Assembly (NCBI GenBank): GCA_946616305.1
Contig: CAMOIV010000001.1
Span: forward strand, 1 to 59,395
Origin: an uncultured Lachnospiraceae bacterium
Lineage (GTDB): Bacteria; Bacillota; Clostridia; Lachnospirales; Lachnospiraceae
Length of the DNA stretch: 59,395 nucleotides
Direction of reading: 5' to 3'
This document shows positions 8,591 through 16,746 of this stretch, piece by piece. Numbering within the stretch: position 1 is the first letter of the stretch; the number at the start of each line of letters is the position of its first letter. The position numbers and the translations under genes are program-made. Below the pieces are notes generated by a model. It was not told the DNA's origin, made no database searches, and was given only the letters and a program-made list of their open reading frames with translations.

Positions 8591-9868
8591 TTGAACATTC
8601 TGCTCGTTCACTGTAAATACAGAATGACCGGCGGAGAGGATGCCGTCGTTTCGTGCGACAGGCGTCTTTTGGAGGAAATGGGGCACAAGGTGTCTTGCTA
8701 TATATGCTCCAACGAAGAGCTTGCCGGGATGGATACGCAGGAAAGGATGATGACTGCCGCCGGTTACATCTCATCCTCAAAGGCAAAGACAAAGTATACT
8801 GACCTTATTCGCAGCACGTGTCCCGATGTCATCTGGGTACACAATACTCTCTGGATGATAAGCACGGCCTTGTATGAGGCTGCCGGAGAATGCGGCATCC
8901 CGGTGATACAGACTGTACACAATTACAGGCTCGTATGTCCTTCCGGGATCCTGTACAGGGAGGATAAGGACCCCGAAGGGGGCGGCGGCAGCATGTGTAA
9001 GGAGTGCATACATAAAGGTCTTTTATGTTCCGTCAGGCACAAATGCTACAGGGACAATGCTATCCTGAGCGCTCTCATAGCCATGGCTCTTAAGAGACAG
9101 CGTCGTCTTGGCATATACAGGAACATGTATTTTGCCTGTCTGTCCGGGACGCAGAAGAAGATATTGCTGGATGCCGGTATCGGGATAGACCCCCATAAGG
9201 TTTTTATTAAACGCAATCATATCTATGATCTTGGACATAGCGACGAGGAGGGCGTGAAAGATGAGGGTATTTCCTACAAGGATCGCAGGAACCTCTTCGT
9301 GTATGCGGGAAGGCTTGAGGAGAATAAGGGTATAAAGGAACTGCTGGGTGCCTGGCTTATGCTGGATGACTCCGCTAAGCAGGATGACTGTGATATGACG
9401 CAAAACCCTGACTGCGCTAAGGAGTGTCCCGAATTGGTCATAATGGGTGAAGGGAGCCTTGTGGGCTATGTTAAAGAGTTTATAAAAGACCATCACCTTG
9501 AGCATGTCAGGTTTTCGGGACATGTGGGAAGGGCAGAGGTCAGACAGAGCCTGGCTGAGGCAAAGGCCCTTATCTATCCTTCCAAATGGTACGAGGGACA
9601 GCCCATGACCATCACGGAAAGCTATGCCTGCCACACACCTGTCATAGTGTCGGATATCGGAAATGCTGCCGATATGGTAGATGAAGGAGTCACCGGCATG
9701 CATGCCGATCACCGAAACCTCGCCGAGGGGATCCGGGATATAGTGTCAAGATGGGACGAAATCTTTTCTTACAACAAGGAGGCCATTGAGGAAAAGGCAG
9801 CTTTGTATTCACCGAAGTCGGCAGTGGAGACGACAGCCGCTATCCTTGATGATATTACCAAAGCATGA
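8591..9868 (+). CDS. Glycosyltransferase family 4 (GT-B)
   Basis: GGEDAVV, TVHNYRLVCP, YAGRLEENKG, PSKWYEGQPMTITE (E-x7-E), SDIG. Confidence 0.9.
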   Translation: MNILLVHCKYRMTGGEDAVVSCDRRLLEEMGHKVSCYICSNEELAGMDTQERMMTAAGYISSSKAKTKYTDLIRSTCPDVIWVHNTLWMISTALYEAAGECGIPVIQTVHNYRLVCPSGILYREDKDPEGGGGSMCKECIHKGLLCSVRHKCYRDNAILSALIAMALKRQRRLGIYRNMYFACLSGTQKKILLDAGIGIDPHKVFIKRNHIYDLGHSDEEGVKDEGISYKDRRNLFVYAGRLEENKGIKELLGAWLMLDDSAKQDDCDMTQNPDCAKECPELVIMGEGSLVGYVKEFIKDHHLEHVRFSGHVGRAEVRQSLAEAKALIYPSKWYEGQPMTITESYACHTPVIVSDIGNAADMVDEGVTGMHADHRNLAEGIRDIVSRWDEIFSYNKEAIEEKAALYSPKSAVETTAAILDDITKA

Positions 9869-11079
9869 AAGATCTGATACTGGCTGTACTGAATCTGATC
9901 AACAGTCTCATACCCAAGGGAAAAACAGTCATATTTAACAGTTTTCCCGATCTCGAAGGAAATACCCTGGCTCTTTTTGAATACATCCTTAAAGAGCACA
10001 GAGAACTCATCCTTGATGGCAGGATCGTGTGGAGCATTAACGGGAGAAATACCCGGGAGGCAGGGGCGAGAATAGCAAAGCTGGCCGGGGGCATCAAAAT
10101 GCCTGTCGTCAGAAAGCTCTCTGTTACAGGGATACTGACCTATCTTACGGCTTCAAAGATAATAACCACGCATAATTATATAACGGGGCTGCATACGGCA
10201 AAAGGACAGAAACTCTATCAGCTTATCCACGGCATGCCTTACAAGGCAGGAGGGAATCTCATCAGGAATGCCAATGATAAGGACGGGGTGGAAGCAGATG
10301 TCATGATCGCTGACAGTGAGTATTTTAAGGAAATACTGTCCAAAGTGGCGGATATAAAGGAAGATGATATCTATGTGACGGGACTGCCGGCAGACGATAA
10401 GGTCCTGCATCCCGACAATGCACTTCATAAACTTGGCATAGACAAGGACAGATATAACAGGGTATTGCTGTGGAGTCCTACGTACAGACGATCTGATGTG
10501 GGCAGCATAAGATATGACGGTTCAAAGGATGCCTTCGGCATAGATAAGATACTATCCGATAAAGCGTACATCGGGGAGAGCGGTCCTGGGGCAAAGAGCA
10601 AAGCGCTTCTTGATGATGAGCTGAGAAAGCTCGGATTCCTCCTTATCGTGAAGTTTCATCCCATGGATGCCTTAAGGAACAGTGATCTTACCGGAAGTGA
10701 CAACATGATCATCGTAAGCGATGAAATGATGAAAAAGGCCCGGGTTACTTTCAATGAGCTGATGGGAGACTGCGATGTGTTCATCACGGATTATTCATCT
10801 GCTTTTCATACCTTTATGATAACAAAAAGGCCTGTGGCCTTTGTCGCGGACGATATGGAGGAATATGCCTCAAACAGAGGCTTTGCAATGGAGGATCCCG
10901 CATCATTGATGGCGGGGGAGCGCATATCGGACATGAAGGAACTCCTGAATTACCTTGAAAACATGGATGAGATAAATCTGAAATGGAGAGACAGGTATAA
11001 AGAAGTTTTGGCCCTTATGCATAAATATACTGACGGCAGATCCTCCGAAAGGGTGTATAATATTATATTTAAGAAGTGA
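9865..11079 (+). CDS. CDP-glycerol:glycerophosphotransferase (TagB/TagF) family protein
   Basis: QLIHGMPYK, TGLPADD, LWSPTYR, VKFHP, ITDYSS, DGRSSERV. Confidence 0.87.
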   Translation: MKDLILAVLNLINSLIPKGKTVIFNSFPDLEGNTLALFEYILKEHRELILDGRIVWSINGRNTREAGARIAKLAGGIKMPVVRKLSVTGILTYLTASKIITTHNYITGLHTAKGQKLYQLIHGMPYKAGGNLIRNANDKDGVEADVMIADSEYFKEILSKVADIKEDDIYVTGLPADDKVLHPDNALHKLGIDKDRYNRVLLWSPTYRRSDVGSIRYDGSKDAFGIDKILSDKAYIGESGPGAKSKALLDDELRKLGFLLIVKFHPMDALRNSDLTGSDNMIIVSDEMMKKARVTFNELMGDCDVFITDYSSAFHTFMITKRPVAFVADDMEEYASNRGFAMEDPASLMAGERISDMKELLNYLENMDEINLKWRDRYKEVLALMHKYTDGRSSERVYNIIFKK

Positions 11080-11180
11080 CCCGGCAGAAGATGCCGCATG
11101 GGCATACAATAAAAGGAACAAATAACCCCGAGAGATCATATAAGCTGATCCGCAGGGACCGGAAAGGAATATCTGATCAT

Positions 11181-12320
11181 ATGATGAAGAGAGTTTCCGA
11201 CAGAATATCAGTATTGGCCGCAGTGATGGCGGCAGTGGTGATCCTCTCGGGCTGCAGCAGTGCATCCGCCGCGGGAGGGAATAACGAACAAGGGTCTTCG
11301 GATAAGGCACAGACATCGGATACGGTGTCTTCCGACGAGGATGAGGCTTCGCAGGAATCGGAAGCATCCGTATACGGCGCAGTCAATTTCGACCATTATC
11401 TCGATTCCTACGTGCCAAAGAAGGACCATTACAATTTTTATTTTACCTATAAGACGGTGCACCCCTGGTGGGATGCTGTTGCCCTTGGAATGGAGGATGC
11501 TCAGAGACAGTTTTTGGACAAGGGAGTAACCGTTACTTACGAATATATGGCACCGGAGGGGGCTTCTGCGGACGATCAGACCAGGAGACTGCTTGAGGCA
11601 GGCCGGAAGGATTATGATGTCATCGGTGTCGATGTGGCGGATGAGGCAGTGATCTCTCCCATACTTGATGAGATGGTGGAGTCGGGGACCAAGGTCATGA
11701 CCTTCTCCAGTTCGGACTCAGAGGAAGGCTGCAAGAGGATCGCGTACGTAGGTAACACTCATAATTATCAGGATGGTGCAGACCTTACCGAGGCCCTTTG
11801 TCAAAAACTTGGATACAAGGGAAAGGTTGCGATACTTGTGGGAAGCAAAGGTGCACCCTGCCATGAGGACCGTGCCAGAGGAGCGGCCGATACCATCGGC
11901 AAATACAAGGATATGGAGATCGTGGCTACGGAATATGATATGGACTCTGTCGATCTGGCCTATGATCTCACAATGGATATCCTTAAGAATAATCCGGATC
12001 TGGACGGTATCATATGCTGTAACATGAGCAACCCGGTGGGCGCCGCAAGGGCTATCACGGAAAAGGGCAGCAATACTGTGATCGTTGGAATGGATCATGA
12101 TGAGGAGGCACTGAAATACTTAAATGAAGGCGTGATATACTGCCTGGGAGTGCAGGATTGTTATTCCATCGGGTTTGATACGATCCAGGTGGCGGTTAAG
12201 ATCGCAGACGGCAATCTGCCGGGAGAACTGTTCCCGGAAAAGACAGATGAGATCACGACTATAATATATCAGAAGGATGCGGCTTCCATGCTGGAACTGC
12301 TGTATGGTGACATATTATGA
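11181..12320 (+). CDS. Periplasmic-binding-protein type I (RbsB-like) sugar-binding lipoprotein
   Basis: Lipobox LSGC after a hydrophobic signal, Ser/Asp/Glu linker, HPWWDAVALG, YVGNTHNYQDG, IVGMD, QDCYSIG. Start set at ATG 11181 (or 11184) after AAAGGA. Confidence 0.88.
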   Translation: MMKRVSDRISVLAAVMAAVVILSGCSSASAAGGNNEQGSSDKAQTSDTVSSDEDEASQESEASVYGAVNFDHYLDSYVPKKDHYNFYFTYKTVHPWWDAVALGMEDAQRQFLDKGVTVTYEYMAPEGASADDQTRRLLEAGRKDYDVIGVDVADEAVISPILDEMVESGTKVMTFSSSDSEEGCKRIAYVGNTHNYQDGADLTEALCQKLGYKGKVAILVGSKGAPCHEDRARGAADTIGKYKDMEIVATEYDMDSVDLAYDLTMDILKNNPDLDGIICCNMSNPVGAARAITEKGSNTVIVGMDHDEEALKYLNEGVIYCLGVQDCYSIGFDTIQVAVKIADGNLPGELFPEKTDEITTIIYQKDAASMLELLYGDIL

Positions 12321-13825
12321 AGAAAGAGTTCAGGATATCAAACGCTACACTCGTTTTAACAGCCATAATAGGCAGTTTGATAGTCATGGCCATGGTTACC
12401 GGCAACTCCATCAGATTATCAAGGCGGACCAGCGATGCGACCGATGATGCGGTTTCCACTGTCAGCGCCTTCTACCTTGAGGCAATGGCAGACCGTCGGG
12501 CCAAGACTATAACAAACCTGATCAACGGCAACTTTGATGAAATGGAAAAGGCCGTGACCTTTATAGATGAGGAAGGTGTTACTTCGCAGACAGAGCTCCG
12601 TGAATGTATCGGTAAGGTGAAAGCCCTGCTGGGCCTTAACCGCTTTGCCATGGTAGATAAAGATGATATCGTGTATACACAGTATACGACCTATACCGGC
12701 AGAAGCAGGCATCCTTTCCTGTCAGAGGTGGGAGAGAAGGATCGGATCATCACCACTGTTTCAAGCTACGGATCTTCAAAACAGCTCTGCCTTGCCATCG
12801 CAACACCGGATCTTACCATCATGGGAAAAGAGTTCAAGGCCTGTTTTGTACAGCTGGATATCAGTGACATAGTTGAACTCCTTGCTTTCGATGATCAGGG
12901 CAGGACTCATTTTGCCCTTTATGCAAAGAACGGCGGAAATCTGTCGGATACGGAGCTTGGACCTGTGATCCTGGATCATAATTTCTTCGATGCACTGAAG
13001 GGTATCATTTCAGATGATGACTGGAACAGAAACTATGAGAGCTTCCAGAATGAGGAGGAGGGGAGTATAGTCTTTGACTCCGGCCCGGCTGAGGAGACGT
13101 TGTGTTATGTTCCCATTGAGGGTACCGGTTGGGAGATGGCAGTTCTTATACGCGAAAGCGTTATCCAGGATCAGATCCGGGATATCAGTGAGAAAAACCT
13201 GGAAGCCAACAGGAATCAGATCATATTTGCCGTGGTGGCAGTTATAGTCCTTGCCGCCATTATCCTGATCCAGCTGCGGCAGTTGGCAAAAGAGAGGATA
13301 GAGAAAGAGAAGGAGACCAGCAGAAATCTCCATCAGATGGCTAATACGGATTCTCTCACCGGTGTCAGGAATAAACATGCTTATTCCGAAAATGAGGCCA
13401 TCATAAACAGCCAGATAGAGTCAGGGGATCTGTCAAAACTCGGTGTTGTGGTAGGCGATGTCAACGGTCTTAAGTATGTGAACGATACACAGGGACATGC
13501 TGCAGGTGACAACCTGATAAAGGAGGCCAGCACACTGATCTGCGCACATTTCAAACATGGTGCGGTATTCAGGATCGGGGGAGATGAGTTCGCCATCATA
13601 CTTCAGGGAAAGGGGTATGATTCCATGTCTGAAGCCATAGACAGACTCAATCGCAGGGTTGAGGAGAACATAAACAGCAACAGAGTGGTGGTTTCCATAG
13701 GGTATGCTGTTCTTACGCAGGATGATCATCAGCTTAAGGATGTCTTTGAGAGAGCCGATCAGATGATGTACGAGAGAAAGAAGGAACTGAAATCCATGGG
13801 AGCAAAGCAGAGGGACAGTATTTAA
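12317..13825 (+). CDS. Membrane sensor diguanylate cyclase (TM-Cache-like-TM-GGDEF)
   Basis: Two TM segments flanking an extracellular domain ending in YVPIEGTGWEMAV; DSLTGVRNK, DVNGLKYVNDTQGHAAGD, RIGGDEF, ADQMMYERK. Confidence 0.92.
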   Translation: MKKEFRISNATLVLTAIIGSLIVMAMVTGNSIRLSRRTSDATDDAVSTVSAFYLEAMADRRAKTITNLINGNFDEMEKAVTFIDEEGVTSQTELRECIGKVKALLGLNRFAMVDKDDIVYTQYTTYTGRSRHPFLSEVGEKDRIITTVSSYGSSKQLCLAIATPDLTIMGKEFKACFVQLDISDIVELLAFDDQGRTHFALYAKNGGNLSDTELGPVILDHNFFDALKGIISDDDWNRNYESFQNEEEGSIVFDSGPAEETLCYVPIEGTGWEMAVLIRESVIQDQIRDISEKNLEANRNQIIFAVVAVIVLAAIILIQLRQLAKERIEKEKETSRNLHQMANTDSLTGVRNKHAYSENEAIINSQIESGDLSKLGVVVGDVNGLKYVNDTQGHAAGDNLIKEASTLICAHFKHGAVFRIGGDEFAIILQGKGYDSMSEAIDRLNRRVEENINSNRVVVSIGYAVLTQDDHQLKDVFERADQMMYERKKELKSMGAKQRDSI

Positions 13826-13907
13826 GGCATTCCGGTGTAAACGTATGAACGGACGGACTGATGATCAAAGTCCGATAATGGACCGATCGTCGATGTGTAA
13901 TGAGTTG

Positions 13908-13936
13908 TTGACAAACGTTTGTGACATACGTATAAT
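13908..13936 (+). promoter_or_regulatory. Consensus sigma-A promoter for rpmF
   Basis: TTGACA (13908-13913), 17-nt spacer, TATAAT (13931-13936). Confidence 0.88.
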
Positions 13937-14021
13937 GGTCGGGTATGAGCGCAGATTTCGGATATGGATCCGTTCATGGATAAATCTGGTTTAGAGAATG
14001 TAAGGATAAGGAGGTGTTAAA

Positions 14022-14201
14022 ATGTCTATATGCCCCAAGAATAAATCATCCAAGGGACACAGGGATCAGAGACGTGCCAATTGGAGAATGGATACAATGA
14101 ATCTTGTTAAATGTCCCAAGTGCGGCGAGCTTATGCTTCCCCACAGAGTGTGCAGAAACTGCGGCACATATAACAAGAAGGAAGTCCTGGCTCAGGACTG
14201 A
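14022..14201 (+). CDS. rpmF: 50S ribosomal protein L32 (59 aa, Zn-ribbon type; not in the ORF track)
   Basis: Hand translation MSICPKNKSSKGHRDQRRANW...CPKCGELMLPHRVCRNCGTYNKKEVLAQD; SD AAGGAGGTG. Confidence 0.96.
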   Translation: MSICPKNKSSKGHRDQRRANWRMDTMNLVKCPKCGELMLPHRVCRNCGTYNKKEVLAQD

Positions 14202-14227
14202 TATCCTCTGATCGATAATAATGCGGG

Positions 14228-14260
14228 AAATGGCATGATGATTCATGCCATTTTTGTTTT
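14228..14260 (+). terminator. Intrinsic terminator after rpmF
   Basis: AAATGGCATGA-tgat-TCATGCCATTT followed by TTGTTTT. Confidence 0.8.
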
Positions 14261-14339
14261 ATCCGAAATATCCGGGATTCCGGCCTTATACCTCTATAAA
14301 CCCGGGGTATCCGGGCGTTGGGCCGGCACGGAGCCGTGT

Positions 14340-14367
14340 TTTACATATCATCGTCAGGTGATATAAT
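14340..14367 (+). promoter_or_regulatory. Sigma-A promoter for the small ORF
   Basis: TTTACA, 16-nt spacer, extended TGaTATAAT. Confidence 0.65.
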
Positions 14368-14411
14368 AGACGGACGCATCGAGTCTTTATCAAAGGAGAC
14401 ATAGCATATAC

Positions 14412-14615
14412 ATGGAAAAGATCAGATTTGAGTCGGATCTGGCCAAGGAGCTGTACCTTGAGGTGTCGGCTCTTGCAGATACGAAGAAAATAGACAAACC
14501 GTATATCTCGACTAGGTACATGTGGAAGATCTGGAAAAAGGTCTACAGATCCAATTTCGGATCCACGAGACACCTTTATATGCCCGGAGAACTGGATGAT
14601 GCAGGAGATGCCTGA
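14412..14615 (+). CDS. Hypothetical 67-aa protein
   Basis: ATG with upstream AAAGGAG and its own promoter; no recognisable family. Confidence 0.6.
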   Translation: MEKIRFESDLAKELYLEVSALADTKKIDKPYISTRYMWKIWKKVYRSNFGSTRHLYMPGELDDAGDA

Positions 14616-14629
14616 CATCCAAATGCAAG

Positions 14630-14658
14630 TTGATTTTTGCTGATTCCTCTTGTATAGT
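14630..14658 (+). promoter_or_regulatory. Promoter for plsX-acpP
   Basis: TTGATT, 17-nt spacer, TATAGT. Confidence 0.55.
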
Positions 14659-14703
14659 AAATGGGTTATCAGATCATGGAGTCATCATGCGAAAAGGACC
14701 GAT

Positions 14704-15723
14704 ATGGGAAATCTTGTAAATGTTGCAGTAGACGCCATGGGCGGAGACAATGCCCCCGGCGAGATAATCAAGGGAACGGTAGATGCCTTAAACGATCAGG
14801 AGAACGTAAGGGTCCACCTTACGGGCAAGGAAGACCTGATTAAGGCAGAGCTTTCAAAATACAATTATCCTTCGGACAGGGTAACCATCGTTAATGCGGA
14901 TGAAGTCATAGGCATGGACGAACCACCGGTTACCGCTATCAGAAAGAAGAGGGATTCGTCAATTGTGGTGGCCTTAAATCTTGTAAAGAGCGGAGAGTGT
15001 GATGCTTTTGTATCGGCAGGAAGTACCGGGGCCGTTCTTGCAGGAGGGCAGCTGCTGGTGGGCAGGATCAAGGGAGTGGAGAGACCTCCTCTGGCACCGC
15101 TCATCCCTACAGCAAAGGGAGTTTCACTGCTCGTTGACTGCGGTGCAAATGTTGATGCCAGACCTTCGCATCTTATGCAGTTTGCAAAGATGGGATCTGC
15201 ATATATGAAATATGCCATGGGAATAGATAATCCCAGGGTTGCGCTTTTGAATATCGGAGTTGAGGAAGAAAAGGGAAATGCCCTTGTAAAAGAGACATAT
15301 CCACTGCTCAGATCCTGCAGCGATATCAATTTTACCGGCTCAATAGAAGCCAGAGATATCCCTGAAGGCGGTGCGGATGTCATAGTATGTGAGGCTTTTG
15401 CCGGCAATGTCGCCCTTAAGATGTATGAGGGAGTCGGCAAGGTACTTCTCGCAAAGATGAAGGAAGCCATGATGGCCAATGTCAGGACCAAGATCGGGGC
15501 ATTGCTGATTAAGGATTCTTTGAAGAGTACACTAAAGGAGTTTGATGCATCGGAGTACGGCGGAGCTCCGCTTCTGGGGCTCAAGGGACTTGTGGTCAAG
15601 ACCCATGGGTCGGCCAAGGCCAAGGAAGTCAGGAATTCCATAATCCAGTGTATCACCTTTAAGGAACAGGATGTTAACGGCAAGATAAAACAGTATCTGG
15701 ATCTTGATTCAGAGGTAAATTAG
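14704..15723 (+). CDS. plsX: Phosphate acyltransferase PlsX
   Basis: AVDAMGGDNAP, SAGSTGA, DCGANVD, LLNIGVEEEKGN, GGAPLLGL, KTHGS. Start set at ATG 14704. Confidence 0.96.
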   Translation: MGNLVNVAVDAMGGDNAPGEIIKGTVDALNDQENVRVHLTGKEDLIKAELSKYNYPSDRVTIVNADEVIGMDEPPVTAIRKKRDSSIVVALNLVKSGECDAFVSAGSTGAVLAGGQLLVGRIKGVERPPLAPLIPTAKGVSLLVDCGANVDARPSHLMQFAKMGSAYMKYAMGIDNPRVALLNIGVEEEKGNALVKETYPLLRSCSDINFTGSIEARDIPEGGADVIVCEAFAGNVALKMYEGVGKVLLAKMKEAMMANVRTKIGALLIKDSLKSTLKEFDASEYGGAPLLGLKGLVVKTHGSAKAKEVRNSIIQCITFKEQDVNGKIKQYLDLDSEVN

Positions 15724-15735
15724 GAGGAGTATGAC

Positions 15736-15972
15736 ATGGAGTTTGAAAAGCTGAAGGAGATCATCGCAGAGGTTCTCAGTGTGGATCAGGATGAGGTGAC
15801 CCTCGAGACTACCTTCACGGATGATCTGGGCGCTGATTCACTTGACGTGTTTCAGATCATAATGGGTATCGAGCAGGAGTTTGAGCTGACTGTTGATACT
15901 GATGAGGTGGAGAACATCAAGACCGTCGGAGATGCAGTTGAGCTTATCAAGGCTGCAAGGGAGAACGGCTGA
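15736..15972 (+). CDS. acpP: Acyl carrier protein
   Basis: DLGADSLD phosphopantetheine site; strong SD. Confidence 0.97.
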   Translation: MEFEKLKEIIAEVLSVDQDEVTLETTFTDDLGADSLDVFQIIMGIEQEFELTVDTDEVENIKTVGDAVELIKAARENG

Positions 15973-16007
15973 TAATATCTGTTTGGGCAGAGATAATGCA
16001 AGGATCC

Positions 16008-16035
16008 GAGCCGGCATGAAAGAGGCCGGCTCTTT
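16008..16035 (+). terminator. Hairpin/weak terminator between acpP and rnc
   Basis: GAGCCGGC...GCCGGCTC followed by TTT. Confidence 0.55.
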
Positions 16036-16047
16036 AATGCTGTAAAG

Positions 16048-16746
16048 ATGAATAATAAATATCCTGTCGAGGATCTGGAAAAAAGAATAGGCTACAGCTT
16101 TAAGGATAAAGGACTTTTGCTGACAGCACTTACCCATTCATCCTTCAAGAACGAGATAAACTCCGACGGAAGGGATGACTATGAGAGGCTGGAATTCCTT
16201 GGAGACGCCATTCTGGAATTCGCAGTGTCTGAGTATCTTTATAGGAATTACCCTGAAATGAGGGAAGGAGATATGACGAGCCTTCGGGCATCTCTTGTAT
16301 GTGAGATGTCTCTAGCAGGCTGTGCCGGACAGATCGGCCTTTCCGATTTTATCTTCCTTGGCAAGGGTGAGGACAAACAGGGCAGCAGGTATAAGCCTTC
16401 TATCGCTTCCGATATATTTGAAGCCATTATCGGAGCCATATTTCTTGATTCCGGGATTGATGAAGCGAAGGATTTTGTAAGCGGGTTTGTTCTTGATGAT
16501 ATAGAGCACAAGGCCCTTTTTCATGATTCCAAGACACTGCTGCAGAATCTCGTACAGTCGGAGGGCTGGAAGCTGGAGTACAGGCTTGTAAAAGAAGAAG
16601 GACCGGAACACAGAAAGGTATTTACTGTGGAGGCCTTTGTTAACGGCAACAGTGTATCAGGGGGGACGGGAACGTCAAAAAAGGCCGCTGAACAGCAGGC
16701 GGCATATGGTGCACTTAAGAAACTGAGGAAAGATCAATGTATCTGA
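16048..16746 (+). CDS. rnc: Ribonuclease III
   Basis: ERLEFLGDA signature, DIFEAIIGAIFLD, dsRBD (GPEH...SKKAAEQQAA). Confidence 0.97.
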   Translation: MNNKYPVEDLEKRIGYSFKDKGLLLTALTHSSFKNEINSDGRDDYERLEFLGDAILEFAVSEYLYRNYPEMREGDMTSLRASLVCEMSLAGCAGQIGLSDFIFLGKGEDKQGSRYKPSIASDIFEAIIGAIFLDSGIDEAKDFVSGFVLDDIEHKALFHDSKTLLQNLVQSEGWKLEYRLVKEEGPEHRKVFTVEAFVNGNSVSGGTGTSKKAAEQQAAYGALKKLRKDQCI

